Both the position numbers and the translations under genes were made by a program. A DNA stretch of 64,000 bases from a virus (Duplodnaviria; Caudoviricetes). Shown here one piece after another: positions 32,995 through 43,203 of the stretch (the first letter of the stretch is position 1; each line of letters begins with the position of its first letter). The notes below the pieces were generated by a model. That model worked only from the letters and a program-made list of their open reading frames with translations. It was not told the DNA's origin and made no database searches. Location: the IMG/VR virus record IMGVR_UViG_2974602183_000001, positions 32,001 through 96,000 of that record, one strand, 5' to 3'.

Positions 32995-33870
32995 GTGACC
33001 ACAGACGTGTTAAAACTCTTAAACGAGAAAGGTGTAGAATATACTGAAAAGGGGAACGACTATGTCGTTTCCTGTTTCAACCCAGAACATGAGGACAATA
33101 ACCCCTCGCTAAGAATAGACCGAGACACAGGACGTTTTCATTGTTTGTCCTGTGGCTTTAAGGGGGACTTATTCGACCACTTCGGACAGTACAGAAGCAG
33201 GACTTATGACTTGCTCTATGAGGTGGAGTCCCAAATACAAAACATACTCCTAGAAACTAGAGGTTTAGATATACCGGAATCTAGTGTACCTTTCTCTAAA
33301 GAGTTTAGGGGTATAAAGGCAGAGACTTTTGAAAAATTCCAGGCCTTCACCCACACTGACCCAGAATTCCTAAATAGGGTCGTTTTCCCTATATTCTCCG
33401 TCAGTGGCACTATACCGGCATTGATTGGCAGATACACCCACTCCAATGCAACCCCAAAGTACTTAGTATACCCAGCCTCAGCTAACCTCCCAATTTACCC
33501 TATACCTAAAAATAGTGATACAGTAGTTCTGGTAGAGGGACTTTTTGATGTAGTTAATCTACATGATAAAGGACTGGACACAGCAGCGGCTATATTTGGT
33601 ACTCACAACTTAACCTGGAAGACAGCGGAAGAGAAGCTGGCTCCACTAACCGCATCAGGAATAACTAGGATAGTTTTATTACTAGATGGAGATGGTGCAG
33701 GGCAACTAGCAACCGCTAAGCTAGAGAAACTGATAAAAGCTAAAACCTCGTGTAGGGTGTTCGACGCAAGCGACTTCTTACTTCCTGGGCAAGACCCTGG
33801 CGGACTAGACGAAGATGAAGTGTATCAGTTACAGAATTATATCGAAAAATTATTAGCCAACAAGGTCTAA
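32995..33870 (+). CDS. DNA primase (CHC2 Zn finger + TOPRIM)
   Basis: C..P.HEDNNPS, CLSCG, KY, LVEGLFD, DGDGAG. Confidence 0.93.
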   Translation: MTTDVLKLLNEKGVEYTEKGNDYVVSCFNPEHEDNNPSLRIDRDTGRFHCLSCGFKGDLFDHFGQYRSRTYDLLYEVESQIQNILLETRGLDIPESSVPFSKEFRGIKAETFEKFQAFTHTDPEFLNRVVFPIFSVSGTIPALIGRYTHSNATPKYLVYPASANLPIYPIPKNSDTVVLVEGLFDVVNLHDKGLDTAAAIFGTHNLTWKTAEEKLAPLTASGITRIVLLLDGDGAGQLATAKLEKLIKAKTSCRVFDASDFLLPGQDPGGLDEDEVYQLQNYIEKLLANKV

Positions 33871-33931
33871 TTATTGATATAATATTTAAATAAATGAAGA
33901 AAGTATTATCCATAATAATTGTAGGAAATAT

Positions 33932-36532
33932 ATGTCAAAAATAGCACTAATTGTACCTAAACCTACTAAAACCAACTTTTCTAAGTTGTTCGGTAGGGAA
34001 GTGGATGTCTTTCCACTTACCACTCAATCAGTAAAACGAGTTTTGGTGAAGCACGTTGATATAGATATTGACGTGTATGAGTATGACTGGGTTATCCTAG
34101 TTGGTTCTGAACCATTAAAGTATTTTTCTAAGGAAACCTCTGTAGTAGATATGACTGGTATGCGTGTAGACGCTAAACCTAAGAAAGACTGGTCAGACTA
34201 CGAGAACTTCCTTTGTTCTATGAACCCTGCGGCGCTTTTCTTTAAGCCGGAGGGCAAGCCTGTGTTCGACCAAACGGTTGAGCGTCTAAATTCTCACATC
34301 GACGGAACCTACGTAGAGCCAGAGAAAGTAATCTACAATATCTTCTGCAACCACACTACTCAAGAGGAGTTGGACGAGCAGGAAGATAACTTAGTTATTG
34401 GCTCCATGACTGAGTTCAAGATGTACTTGCGTTCCGTACTAGGGATGCGTCCTAACGTAGTTGCTCTCGACTCGGAAACAGGAGGCTTTTACGCCAGAAA
34501 TGCTGAGATGCTAGGAATATCAATGTCTCACTCCGAAGGCCAAGGGGTCTACGTAAACGCAGACTACTTCGACGAAGAAGTATTTAACCTCATCCAGAAG
34601 GTAGTGGATTGTGAAGACATTCATATAGTATTCCATAATACCAAGTTCGACTGGCACTGGTTTACTCATCACATGGGTATAAGCTTTGAGAAGTGTTTCA
34701 AAGAGAAACGCCTACACGATTCCATGATTCAGCACTATGTTCTGGACGAACGTAAAGGACACGGCTTAAAACCTCTAGCAATCAAGTACACCGATATGGG
34801 TAACTATGATAAAAAGCTAGACGAATTCAAGTCTGAGTACTGTAAGGTGCACAAGATTAAGAAAGAGCAGTTCACCTATGACCTGATTCCTTTCCCAATC
34901 CTCGCAGCTTACGCTGCGAAAGATACGGACGCTACCATACGTCTACACAACAAGTTCTACCCAATCGTAATGAAAAACCCTCGTCTGAAGGAACTTTACG
35001 AGAACTTAATGATTCCAGGTATGCGATTCCTTAAGCGTATGGAAGACCGAGGAGTTCCGGTCTCTAAGAAGAGATTACGTGCAGCTCAAAAATTACTGCA
35101 TGAAGCAATCTTCGAGGCTGAAGAAGAGCTTTACTCACACCCAGCAGTTATCGAGTTCGAAAAGCAGGAAGGTAAGAAATTTAATCCTCAATCCCCTATA
35201 CAGCTACGTGTTTTGCTGTTTGATATAGCAGGGTACCAGCCTACAGGGATTATGACAGACACAGGACAGGACTCCACTAACGCAGAAGTTCTAACCAAAC
35301 TGTCAGAGTTCGGGGACTTACCTAAGTTACTACTAAAAGTGCGTAAAAACACCAAACTACTATCTTCTTTCATTAACAAAATGATTGATAACGTGGATTG
35401 GGATGGTCGTGTACGTACAGGTTTTGGTATCACTACAACTACCTCAGGCCGTCTATCGTCCTCTGGTACAATTAACTTGCAACAACTGCCTCGTGATAAC
35501 CCAATAGTCAAGGGTTGTATTGTAGCTCCTCCAGGCTACAAGATTGTGGCAAAAGACTTGACAACTGCCGAGGTTTATTACGCGGCCGTACTGTCTGGAG
35601 ACAAAGCCCTACAACAAGTGTTCGTTAACATGACTAACGAGCCTGATAAGTACGCGGACTTCCACTCCACTATCGCACACATGGTGTTCAACCTACCTTG
35701 TGAGCCTAACGAGGTTAAGAAGCTATATCCAGCGATGCGTCAAGCATCTAAGGCTATCACCTTCGGTATCTTGTACGGTTCTGGCCCTGCGAAAGTAATG
35801 GAGTCGGTAAACGAAGCTCTACTAGAGCAACACATCGAAATGGGTACTCCGTACAACCCATGTACTCTAGGAGATGCAAAAGGGTACATCGAAACTTACT
35901 TCGGTCGATTCCCTCAACTTAAGAAGTGGATTGAAGAATCTCACGACCAAATACGTCAGTACGGGTTTATCTACAGCTTCTACGGACGTAAGCGTAGACT
36001 GCACAACATCAAGTCTGATGACCGTGGAGTTGTGGGTGGCGAAATCCGTTCAGGATTCAACGCTATCATTCAGTCAGCGTCTTCTGATTCCCTGTTGATG
36101 GGTTGTATAGATGCGGATAATGAGATTGCTGAGCGTGGAATGGACGCAGAAATTGTGGCGCTAGTACACGACTCGATTGTCGCAGTTGTTCGTGAAGACT
36201 TAGTGGACGAGTACTCTGAGCTTCTAGATAGAAATATCCAGAAAGCTAGATTCAATAGTCTTGGAGAGTTCTTAGGTATTGAGGGTACCCCTATCGGTAT
36301 CGAAAGCGACTCTGAGAAAGGAGGCTCTGTAGACTATGGGTGTGGCAAGCTCAAGAAGATGTGGCCAGATTTGGCTGTGCTAGAAGACGAGAAGTTCGCT
36401 ACGGAAGTAACGAGCTGGTTATCTAAGTACGAAACCGACCCTATCCCAGAGGATGACTTGCAGCCTCACGAAAAGGTCTGGGTTGAGAGAGCCGAAAGGA
36501 TAAAGACAGTGGTAGAGGAGGAGTATGCTTAA
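33932..36532 (+). CDS. polA: DNA polymerase, family A
   Basis: DSET exo I, HNTKFD, YAAKD, TSGRLSS, DLTTAE, KAITFGILYG, VHDS. Confidence 0.97.
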   Translation: MSKIALIVPKPTKTNFSKLFGREVDVFPLTTQSVKRVLVKHVDIDIDVYEYDWVILVGSEPLKYFSKETSVVDMTGMRVDAKPKKDWSDYENFLCSMNPAALFFKPEGKPVFDQTVERLNSHIDGTYVEPEKVIYNIFCNHTTQEELDEQEDNLVIGSMTEFKMYLRSVLGMRPNVVALDSETGGFYARNAEMLGISMSHSEGQGVYVNADYFDEEVFNLIQKVVDCEDIHIVFHNTKFDWHWFTHHMGISFEKCFKEKRLHDSMIQHYVLDERKGHGLKPLAIKYTDMGNYDKKLDEFKSEYCKVHKIKKEQFTYDLIPFPILAAYAAKDTDATIRLHNKFYPIVMKNPRLKELYENLMIPGMRFLKRMEDRGVPVSKKRLRAAQKLLHEAIFEAEEELYSHPAVIEFEKQEGKKFNPQSPIQLRVLLFDIAGYQPTGIMTDTGQDSTNAEVLTKLSEFGDLPKLLLKVRKNTKLLSSFINKMIDNVDWDGRVRTGFGITTTTSGRLSSSGTINLQQLPRDNPIVKGCIVAPPGYKIVAKDLTTAEVYYAAVLSGDKALQQVFVNMTNEPDKYADFHSTIAHMVFNLPCEPNEVKKLYPAMRQASKAITFGILYGSGPAKVMESVNEALLEQHIEMGTPYNPCTLGDAKGYIETYFGRFPQLKKWIEESHDQIRQYGFIYSFYGRKRRLHNIKSDDRGVVGGEIRSGFNAIIQSASSDSLLMGCIDADNEIAERGMDAEIVALVHDSIVAVVREDLVDEYSELLDRNIQKARFNSLGEFLGIEGTPIGIESDSEKGGSVDYGCGKLKKMWPDLAVLEDEKFATEVTSWLSKYETDPIPEDDLQPHEKVWVERAERIKTVVEEEYA

Positions 36533-37007
36533 CGCAAAGTTTCCTCTCTACGCGCTAAGAGCTAACTTTGGGAGGGTCGAAGACCCTCCATATATTCTTA
36601 TAAATTCCAGATACCGACAGTATATACTAGACATGCCGTCACTACCTGGAAACTACTTCGAAAGGAGGCTAAAGTTGGCAGAGATGGATACAGGACTACC
36701 ACTGTATCCGTTAAAGGAAAAGTACACTACCATAGCACAAATCCTACGCAATCCCCGAAGGCGGGAGTTTATAGATTCTGATGGAAAAATATGGAAGATT
36801 AGTAAGTGCAAAACCTACCCTATTTCTTCCCATAAAGTATTACACCGCTCTAGAACTTGGAATGGAAAGTATCTGTTACAGACTAGGGTTGGTAACTTCG
36901 TAACGTCAGAAGCTGGAGACTATGTAGTAGTGGTGGACACTCCGAAAGGCAGGATTTTATTCGATGTCTCGGATAAGCCCTCGGAGCGTGTGAGAATCAA
37001 GCTGTGA
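36525..37007 (+). CDS. conserved T5-like hypothetical protein
   Basis: FPLYAL, FIDSDGKI; sits between pol and D10 as in T5. Confidence 0.75.
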   Translation: MLNAKFPLYALRANFGRVEDPPYILINSRYRQYILDMPSLPGNYFERRLKLAEMDTGLPLYPLKEKYTTIAQILRNPRRREFIDSDGKIWKISKCKTYPISSHKVLHRSRTWNGKYLLQTRVGNFVTSEAGDYVVVVDTPKGRILFDVSDKPSERVRIKL

Positions 37008-38356
37008 AAATAGTTCTATCTAATAAAATATATTTAAAACCGGATGAGGAGCTGAAGGAGAGACTACAGAAGCAGCTTACTTACGAGATTATAGACCCCC
37101 AAGCTACCTACCCGAGATACGTCTCTCATTTCGGGCAAGTAGCGGGAGATGTTTACTGGATGCCAAATACTAGGCTAGACTTGTTGAAAGGGATTGACCT
37201 AGAGATAGTAGACAAGAGGATTTCTGTACCTGCTGAAATACCTGAGCCGGAGTTTGCCTTACGAAGCGACCAAGCGGAGATTTGTGAGGATGTAGATGGC
37301 GACTGTATAATCAATGGTGCGCCAGGTTTCGGTAAGACCATTAGTGCCTTGTTCTTGGCGTATAAGTTCCAGCAAAAAACTCTAGTAGTCTGTACAAACA
37401 CGAACATCAGGGCTATGTGGGAGAAGGAAATTAAGAAATGGTTCGGCTTTACTCCTGGAGTCATAGGTGGAGGTAAGTACGAAACCGACCCACCTATTGT
37501 AGTAGCCAATATTCAGACCGTTAGGAAGTATGGCTCAGACTTATCTGATAAGTTTGGCTTACTAATCGTAGACGAGGCACATCACTGTGTAGCAGCTACC
37601 TTTGAACTATTGGTTATGTTCTCCAAGGCTAAAATCAAGGTGGGACTAACCGGTACTTTATGGAGAAAGGATGGACTTCACGTATGCTTCTCTAACTTCT
37701 TTGGTAATAAAGTATATACACCGGCAGAGAACAACACCTTGCCTCCTACAATACACATGTACGAGCTAGACTGTGAGATTCCTGGGGGCTCAGACACTCC
37801 GTGGGCACTAAGAGTCAACGAGCTCTACAAAGACCCTGAGTACTTCCACACAGTAAAGGCCTTAGCCAATGCTTATGCTAAGCTAGGACACAAGGTCTTG
37901 GTCGTAAACGACCGAGTAGAGATGCTAGAAGAATGGAACAAGGATAACCAAGTAGACTCTTACATCATCACTGGAAACGTCGATATGGACGATAGGCTAG
38001 AGATAATGGATACTGTGGCGGATGCCGTGGAACCTACTATTCTGTGGGCTACGCAGTCTATATTTGCAGAAGGTGTATCTTTGGACGAGCTTAGTTGTGT
38101 TATCCTAGCCACCCCTACTAATAATAAGTCCTTAGTGGAGCAGATAGCTGGACGTATTCAGCGTATAGCTGTAGGCAAGGAATTACCTGTGGTGGTAGAC
38201 CTAGGCTTGCAAGGAAATACAGGTCGCAGACACAAGGGAACTAGAAAAGGAATTTACCAAGGACGAGGTTGGGAAATGGTTCGTTACACCAAGAAGAGAC
38301 TTGGACTCGAATTAAAGGAAAAAATCAATAGCCAAGAAGGTGAAACATTGATATAA
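37004..38356 (+). CDS. D10: SF2 helicase (T5 D10, UvsW-like)
   Basis: PGFGKT, DEAHH, TGT, QIAGRIQR. Confidence 0.93.
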   Translation: MKIVLSNKIYLKPDEELKERLQKQLTYEIIDPQATYPRYVSHFGQVAGDVYWMPNTRLDLLKGIDLEIVDKRISVPAEIPEPEFALRSDQAEICEDVDGDCIINGAPGFGKTISALFLAYKFQQKTLVVCTNTNIRAMWEKEIKKWFGFTPGVIGGGKYETDPPIVVANIQTVRKYGSDLSDKFGLLIVDEAHHCVAATFELLVMFSKAKIKVGLTGTLWRKDGLHVCFSNFFGNKVYTPAENNTLPPTIHMYELDCEIPGGSDTPWALRVNELYKDPEYFHTVKALANAYAKLGHKVLVVNDRVEMLEEWNKDNQVDSYIITGNVDMDDRLEIMDTVADAVEPTILWATQSIFAEGVSLDELSCVILATPTNNKSLVEQIAGRIQRIAVGKELPVVVDLGLQGNTGRRHKGTRKGIYQGRGWEMVRYTKKRLGLELKEKINSQEGETLI

Positions 38357-38568
38357 TACTTCTCAGAAATCGAGATAGAAGAAGTGCAAAACCGACCCTA
38401 ACTTAAAAAGTTAAAATTTCGGTAGCTTCGAAGCTCCATTTATTATATAATATTTATAGAAATTGAGAAGTTTAGAAATCCTTCCTGAAAGTTCCCTCAA
38501 CACTTCAAGACCCGTGTAGTAAATAATTTAAAATTTTTCTTGCTACACGGAGTTATTTAGGATATAAT
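38329..38568 (+). promoter_or_regulatory. three tandem promoters
   Basis: TAGCCA-17-TATAAT (38329), TAGCTT-17-TATAAT (38423), TTGCTA-17-TATAAT (38540). Confidence 0.7.
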
Positions 38569-38579
38569 ATCCATCCAAA

Positions 38580-38942
38580 ATGAAATTCTTCAACTACGAA
38601 GCGCTTTACTTACTAGCACTTGGAAACTCTGAGGTTATGGTTAAGCTCTTTGAAGATTACGTTGCTGATAATACGGGGCACGATGTACTTAACGGGGACA
38701 ACTTCATACTGAATCCTCAAGTAGTAACTCAAAACCCCTACAACCTAACGTATCAGCAGCGCGCAGAGTATTTAGGACTCTGCTCCTTACGTAACTATCA
38801 AACCTACGCAACAACAGGGTATACAGACTTAAATATGGCATACGTACCTGAGTACATCGAGCCAAACGTCGTCAAATCAAACCCACTAATCCGCATTAAC
38901 AAAACTGAATTAATCTTTATAGAGGAAAGCATATGTCATTGA
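38580..38942 (+). CDS. conserved T5-like hypothetical protein
   Basis: FFNYE..Y, FILNP, EYLGLCSLRNY; precedes D11. Confidence 0.75.
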   Translation: MKFFNYEALYLLALGNSEVMVKLFEDYVADNTGHDVLNGDNFILNPQVVTQNPYNLTYQQRAEYLGLCSLRNYQTYATTGYTDLNMAYVPEYIEPNVVKSNPLIRINKTELIFIEESICH

Positions 38943-39637
38943 ACTGGGGCGAAGCTCGCGGCGAAGCACAAAAATCTGAAGTAACACACATGAAACTAAC
39001 TAACGGCAACACTCAATTCCGTATCGTATCTGGCGTACTAGCCCGTATGGATTACTGGGTGCACAACTCCGAAGGTAAACCTCGCCCGTTTGAGTGCCTA
39101 CGTTACGACCGCAAACTAGAGAAGTTTGTTGGTGGCGCTGACCCAATCCAAGAAGTAGGTCTTCAAGAAAAAGACCCAGATAACCCAGGCCAAATGCGTC
39201 CACTACGCTGCAAGCGCGCGTATAAGTGCATGGTTATCAACCGTAAAACTGGTAAGCTAGAAGCTATGGACTTGAAAAAGTCAATCTTCGATGGTATCAT
39301 GGAAACTATGGAAGAGCTGGGTATTCAAGACCCAACTACTGTAGATTTCGTTGTGAAGCGTACTGGTGAAAAATGGAACGAAGTCAAGTACAGCATCAAC
39401 CAGCTTGCGACATCTCGCCTAATGGGCGATGAAGAAGTTGCAGCAATGCACGAAGCTGATAAGGAAATTATCGCTACAATGAAGCCTATCGACGAGCTAT
39501 TCCCACGTATGACTCCAGAAGAGCAGCGTAAAGAGCTACAATCTTGGTTATCAGGTGGCTCAGCTAGCGGCAAAAACGAAAAAGATTCAGGTGACGACAG
39601 CGCAGCTGATGAAGCAATTAGCGAACTAGACGACTAA
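38933..39637 (+). CDS. D11: ssDNA-binding protein (T5 D11-like)
   Basis: FRIVSGVL.R..YW, LKKSIF; acidic C-tail. Confidence 0.85.
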   Translation: MSLNWGEARGEAQKSEVTHMKLTNGNTQFRIVSGVLARMDYWVHNSEGKPRPFECLRYDRKLEKFVGGADPIQEVGLQEKDPDNPGQMRPLRCKRAYKCMVINRKTGKLEAMDLKKSIFDGIMETMEELGIQDPTTVDFVVKRTGEKWNEVKYSINQLATSRLMGDEEVAAMHEADKEIIATMKPIDELFPRMTPEEQRKELQSWLSGGSASGKNEKDSGDDSAADEAISELDD

Positions 39638-39646
39638 TTAATGTTT

Positions 39647-39670
39647 AAGGGAGCTTCGGCTCCCTTTCTT
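39647..39670 (+). terminator. intrinsic terminator
   Basis: AAGGGAGC-TTCG-GCTCCCTT-TCTT. Confidence 0.85.
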
Positions 39671-39683
39671 GTTGGAGAACTAC

Positions 39684-40649
39684 GTGAAAATACTGTTTAG
39701 TGCCGATTGGCATATAAAAATAGGGCAACGTAAAGTCCCCGAGGCTTGGCAAAGAAATAGGTTCCATATGATGGTAGACGAGCTTAACAAAGTTGAGGCT
39801 GACCTACACATCATAGGAGGCGATATCTTCGATAAGGCTGATGCTTCCTTGAAAGAGATTGAGCTATATTTCGAACTTATTGCCAAGCTGACACACAAAA
39901 CGATAATCTATTCTGGCAACCATGAAGCCAAGACCAAATCTTATGGCATCCTCCACTACCTAGCAGAAGAAACCACTCGCTGCAACCCATTAGTACAAGT
40001 AGTACTAGAACCTTACCGCTCTAAAGAGTTTGATATTATAGACTTTTTCGAGCTACACAAGGATTGGGAGCCTAGGACTTCAGATATTCTGTTCACGCAC
40101 GTACGTGCAGAGCTTCCTGAGCATATGAAAACAGAGCCAGAAATAGACTTAGCCAAGTTTGACGACTACGCAATCGTATTTGCAGGTGACTTGCACGCTC
40201 ACTCTATGTCTCAGAAGACAGCAGGTGGTACGCCTATTATCTACCCAGGGAGCCCACTAACAACTTCGTTCCATAGAGAATTGGTAGAGGGAGAGAATGG
40301 GTACCTTATTATTGATACGGAACTTGGTGATTGGACTTTTCATAGCCTGGATACTTTACCGCAGCTACTTAGACTCAAAGTAGACTCGGAAGCGGCTATG
40401 AAGGAAGACCCATACCACAGGGTAATATACGAACTTGAGGGTGACTTGCAAACCCTTGGTAAGGTAAAAGATGCCGACTTACTAGATAAGAAGGTAAACA
40501 TCAGCGTCAGTAAAGATGCTACCCTAGAATTAGAGGGCTTAACAGTAGAAGAAGAACTAGCTATATACCTCGCAGAAGTAGAGGGGCTAGAACCACACAC
40601 TATTAAGCGTATTATGAAGAGGTTTGCTAGTGCAGTTAAAACTTCATGA
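39684..40649 (+). CDS. D12: SbcD/Mre11-like nuclease (T5 D12)
   Basis: ADWH, GDIFD, GNHE, GDLH, YPGSP; GTG start after GGAG. Confidence 0.93.
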   Translation: MKILFSADWHIKIGQRKVPEAWQRNRFHMMVDELNKVEADLHIIGGDIFDKADASLKEIELYFELIAKLTHKTIIYSGNHEAKTKSYGILHYLAEETTRCNPLVQVVLEPYRSKEFDIIDFFELHKDWEPRTSDILFTHVRAELPEHMKTEPEIDLAKFDDYAIVFAGDLHAHSMSQKTAGGTPIIYPGSPLTTSFHRELVEGENGYLIIDTELGDWTFHSLDTLPQLLRLKVDSEAAMKEDPYHRVIYELEGDLQTLGKVKDADLLDKKVNISVSKDATLELEGLTVEEELAIYLAEVEGLEPHTIKRIMKRFASAVKTS

Positions 40650-42501
40650 GTTCTTGTTTGACAATGTTTTTGCTTACGGAGAGGGGAACTTAATCTCTTT
40701 TGACGAAGCCAGGGTCACTCAAATAATCGGTGCCAATGGTAGCGGTAAGAGCTCAATCCCAGGAGCTTTAGAGGAGCTGCTGTATAATAAAAACTCTAGA
40801 GGGGTTAAGAAAGCCTCTGTAAAGAATCGCTACTCAGATAACTACAGTATGAAAGCTACCTTCTCCATCGGGGATGACTTCTTCGAAGTAGAGAAGATAG
40901 CCAAGTCTACTGCTAAGGTTAAGTTGCTGAAGAACGGTCAAGACATAAGTGGACATACAGCCACACAAACGTACAAAATCCTAGAGAAAGAAATTGGTTT
41001 GGATTTCTCAACATTCTCTAAGTTAGTATATCAGTCAATGAAGTCTAGTCTAGATTTCCTTACTGCAACAGATACTAACCGTAAGAAGTTCTTAGTGGGA
41101 CTTTTAGGCTTAGAAGAATATGAAAAAATTGAGAGCCAATTAAAAGAATATTCTAAGGATTGTTCAAACGACGTTCAAAGAATCAAGGGCGCGCTAGACT
41201 CGACATCTAGCTGGCTATCTCGTCATTCTTCCATCCCTGATTTAGAAGAAACGGTAGAAATTCCAGAATTCGACGAGACCCTTACCGATGACATTGCTAA
41301 CCTCCGAGCAAAAGTGAGCGGAACAACTGAGCGCAATGAAAGAATCGGCAAACAAAAGCTTACAGTAGCCGCAGCAAAAAATAAACATAAAAAAGCGCAG
41401 CAAGACCTTGAGGCTTTAGGAGAAGCCCCGGAGGAAGCAGACGATAGGTCAGCAGAGCTACAGAAAGTAAATAATGAGCTGAGCACTGTGAAAGCTAATA
41501 TGGCCACAGAGAAAGCTACATACGTTAAGTTCAAGGACTCTGCGGAGAACACGGAGTGCCCAACCTGTGGCTCGTCACTAGACGTGACGGAAGCAGAGAA
41601 AGCTAGAGACGCTGCTAAAGCAAGATGGCTAGCTTTAAGACCAGAGCGAGATAAGCTTGAAGAACAGGTTACGGCCTTAGAGGCTGAGCAGAGTAAGCAT
41701 AAAACCTATGCTAATTATGTAAGACGTTCTGAGACCCTGACTAACATGTTACAGTCAGCAGAAGAGTATTTAACTCAAACCTTGGAAAACTGCCCAGACT
41801 ACGAAACAGAGCCAGAAAGTGTCGAAGACCTAGAAGAACAACTACGCAAGCTGACAAGACAGTCCCAACAACTAAGACGCGAAATTGACAGGGCTACGGA
41901 ACACAACTCTGCCGCAGAGCAAAACAACGCTAAGCGAGAGCAGATTCTAGAGCAGTTGGACGAACGTAGACAAGAACTACAAGAACTAGAAAAGGAGTTC
42001 GAATTAGCGAATGACAAGCTATCTGATTACAAAGTACTTACTAAAGCCTTCGGTGCAAAAGGGCTTGTGGCGTACAAGATTGAAAGCTCAATTAAGTCTC
42101 TTGAAGAAACGCTTAACGAGTACCTATCAGAGCTTACGGCGGGACAATTCGCGTTAGGTTTTGAGCTGTCTGGGACCAAGCTCGACGTTGTCGTATACGA
42201 CAATTCTGAGCTGGTAGAGGTGAACTCTCTAAGCTCTGGTGAGTTTGCTAACGTGCAAGTGGCTACTTTACTAGCTATACGCAAAATACTTAGTACTCTA
42301 AACTCAGTAGATATCAACGTACTGTTCTTAGACGAAATTATTTCTGTTATCGACCCTCTAGGGCGTGACAGGTTAGTAGATTTACTACAGAAAGAAACGG
42401 AACTTAACACATTCCTAGTTTCCCACGGCTATGAGCACCCACTTACTAATAAGCTGTACGTCTCTAAAGAGGACGGGTTTTCAAAGGTTAGGAAAGGCTA
42501 A
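40624..42501 (+). CDS. D13: SbcC/Rad50-like ATPase (T5 D13)
   Basis: GANGSGKS, CPTCG hook, LSSGE, FLDE. Confidence 0.95.
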   Translation: MLVQLKLHEFLFDNVFAYGEGNLISFDEARVTQIIGANGSGKSSIPGALEELLYNKNSRGVKKASVKNRYSDNYSMKATFSIGDDFFEVEKIAKSTAKVKLLKNGQDISGHTATQTYKILEKEIGLDFSTFSKLVYQSMKSSLDFLTATDTNRKKFLVGLLGLEEYEKIESQLKEYSKDCSNDVQRIKGALDSTSSWLSRHSSIPDLEETVEIPEFDETLTDDIANLRAKVSGTTERNERIGKQKLTVAAAKNKHKKAQQDLEALGEAPEEADDRSAELQKVNNELSTVKANMATEKATYVKFKDSAENTECPTCGSSLDVTEAEKARDAAKARWLALRPERDKLEEQVTALEAEQSKHKTYANYVRRSETLTNMLQSAEEYLTQTLENCPDYETEPESVEDLEEQLRKLTRQSQQLRREIDRATEHNSAAEQNNAKREQILEQLDERRQELQELEKEFELANDKLSDYKVLTKAFGAKGLVAYKIESSIKSLEETLNEYLSELTAGQFALGFELSGTKLDVVVYDNSELVEVNSLSSGEFANVQVATLLAIRKILSTLNSVDINVLFLDEIISVIDPLGRDRLVDLLQKETELNTFLVSHGYEHPLTNKLYVSKEDGFSKVRKG

Positions 42502-42716
42502 TGCAGGAACTATTCGATAAACAAAAGAGCGCCTACGAAAGGCTTCTTTACTGCCTAGATGGGAGACATGCCGACCTAGTGCTAGGAAACAAAGGTGACG
42601 CGGACCAATGGATACGCCATATAGATAAAGCGTATGAGGACTATAGGGATACTACGGAAGAACTAGAGCTCGCTCTAAAAGGTACGTTAGCAATTCAAGG
42701 AGGGGACAATGGCTAA
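42501..42716 (+). CDS. hypothetical protein
   Basis: TAATG coupling. Confidence 0.65.
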   Translation: MQELFDKQKSAYERLLYCLDGRHADLVLGNKGDADQWIRHIDKAYEDYRDTTEELELALKGTLAIQGGDNG

Positions 42717-43203
42717 TTCACGAGATAAAGGTCAGAGAGCCGAGTATGCTGTCAGAGACCTACTTAGGGCTGCCACAGGAGCACAATGGGAACGAGTTCC
42801 CGGCTCCGGTGGGTTTGGCTCACAACACGGGCTTAAGGGAGATATTTATCTCCCTAACTCCACAGGCCTAATGAGCCTGTACTGTATTGAGGTTAAACAC
42901 TACGCGGATGAGCAGTTTAACTCTAATATGTTAAAGCAAACAAAGACACAAAGTCAAATGGAAAAGTGGCTCCTGCAAACAGAGCGTGAAGCTGGAGAAA
43001 TGAATGCTAGACCAGTTCTAGTGTTTAAGAAGGATAGAGGCCCTTGGTTCGTAGCCATAAGAACGAAAGACCCTCTAGTGGAGAAGGTAGTTAGTGAAGT
43101 ACCTTACGCCATTATCAAAGTATCGGATGACGTAGAGGAATACTTTGTAGTAGATTTCAAAGCATTCTTAAATAATATTAAGTTGGAGGATTTAGCTAAA
43201 TGA
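42709..43203 (+). CDS. D14: Holliday-junction-resolvase-like PD-(D/E)xK nuclease (T5 D14)
   Basis: SRDKG.RAE, RVPGSG, GD, IEVK. Confidence 0.88.
   Translation: MANSRDKGQRAEYAVRDLLRAATGAQWERVPGSGGFGSQHGLKGDIYLPNSTGLMSLYCIEVKHYADEQFNSNMLKQTKTQSQMEKWLLQTEREAGEMNARPVLVFKKDRGPWFVAIRTKDPLVEKVVSEVPYAIIKVSDDVEEYFVVDFKAFLNNIKLEDLAK

Noticed and set aside
33932-34330. UDG-like N-terminal region on DNA polymerase
   Set aside because: Catalytic motifs not recognisable; polymerase length is ordinary for T5-like phages
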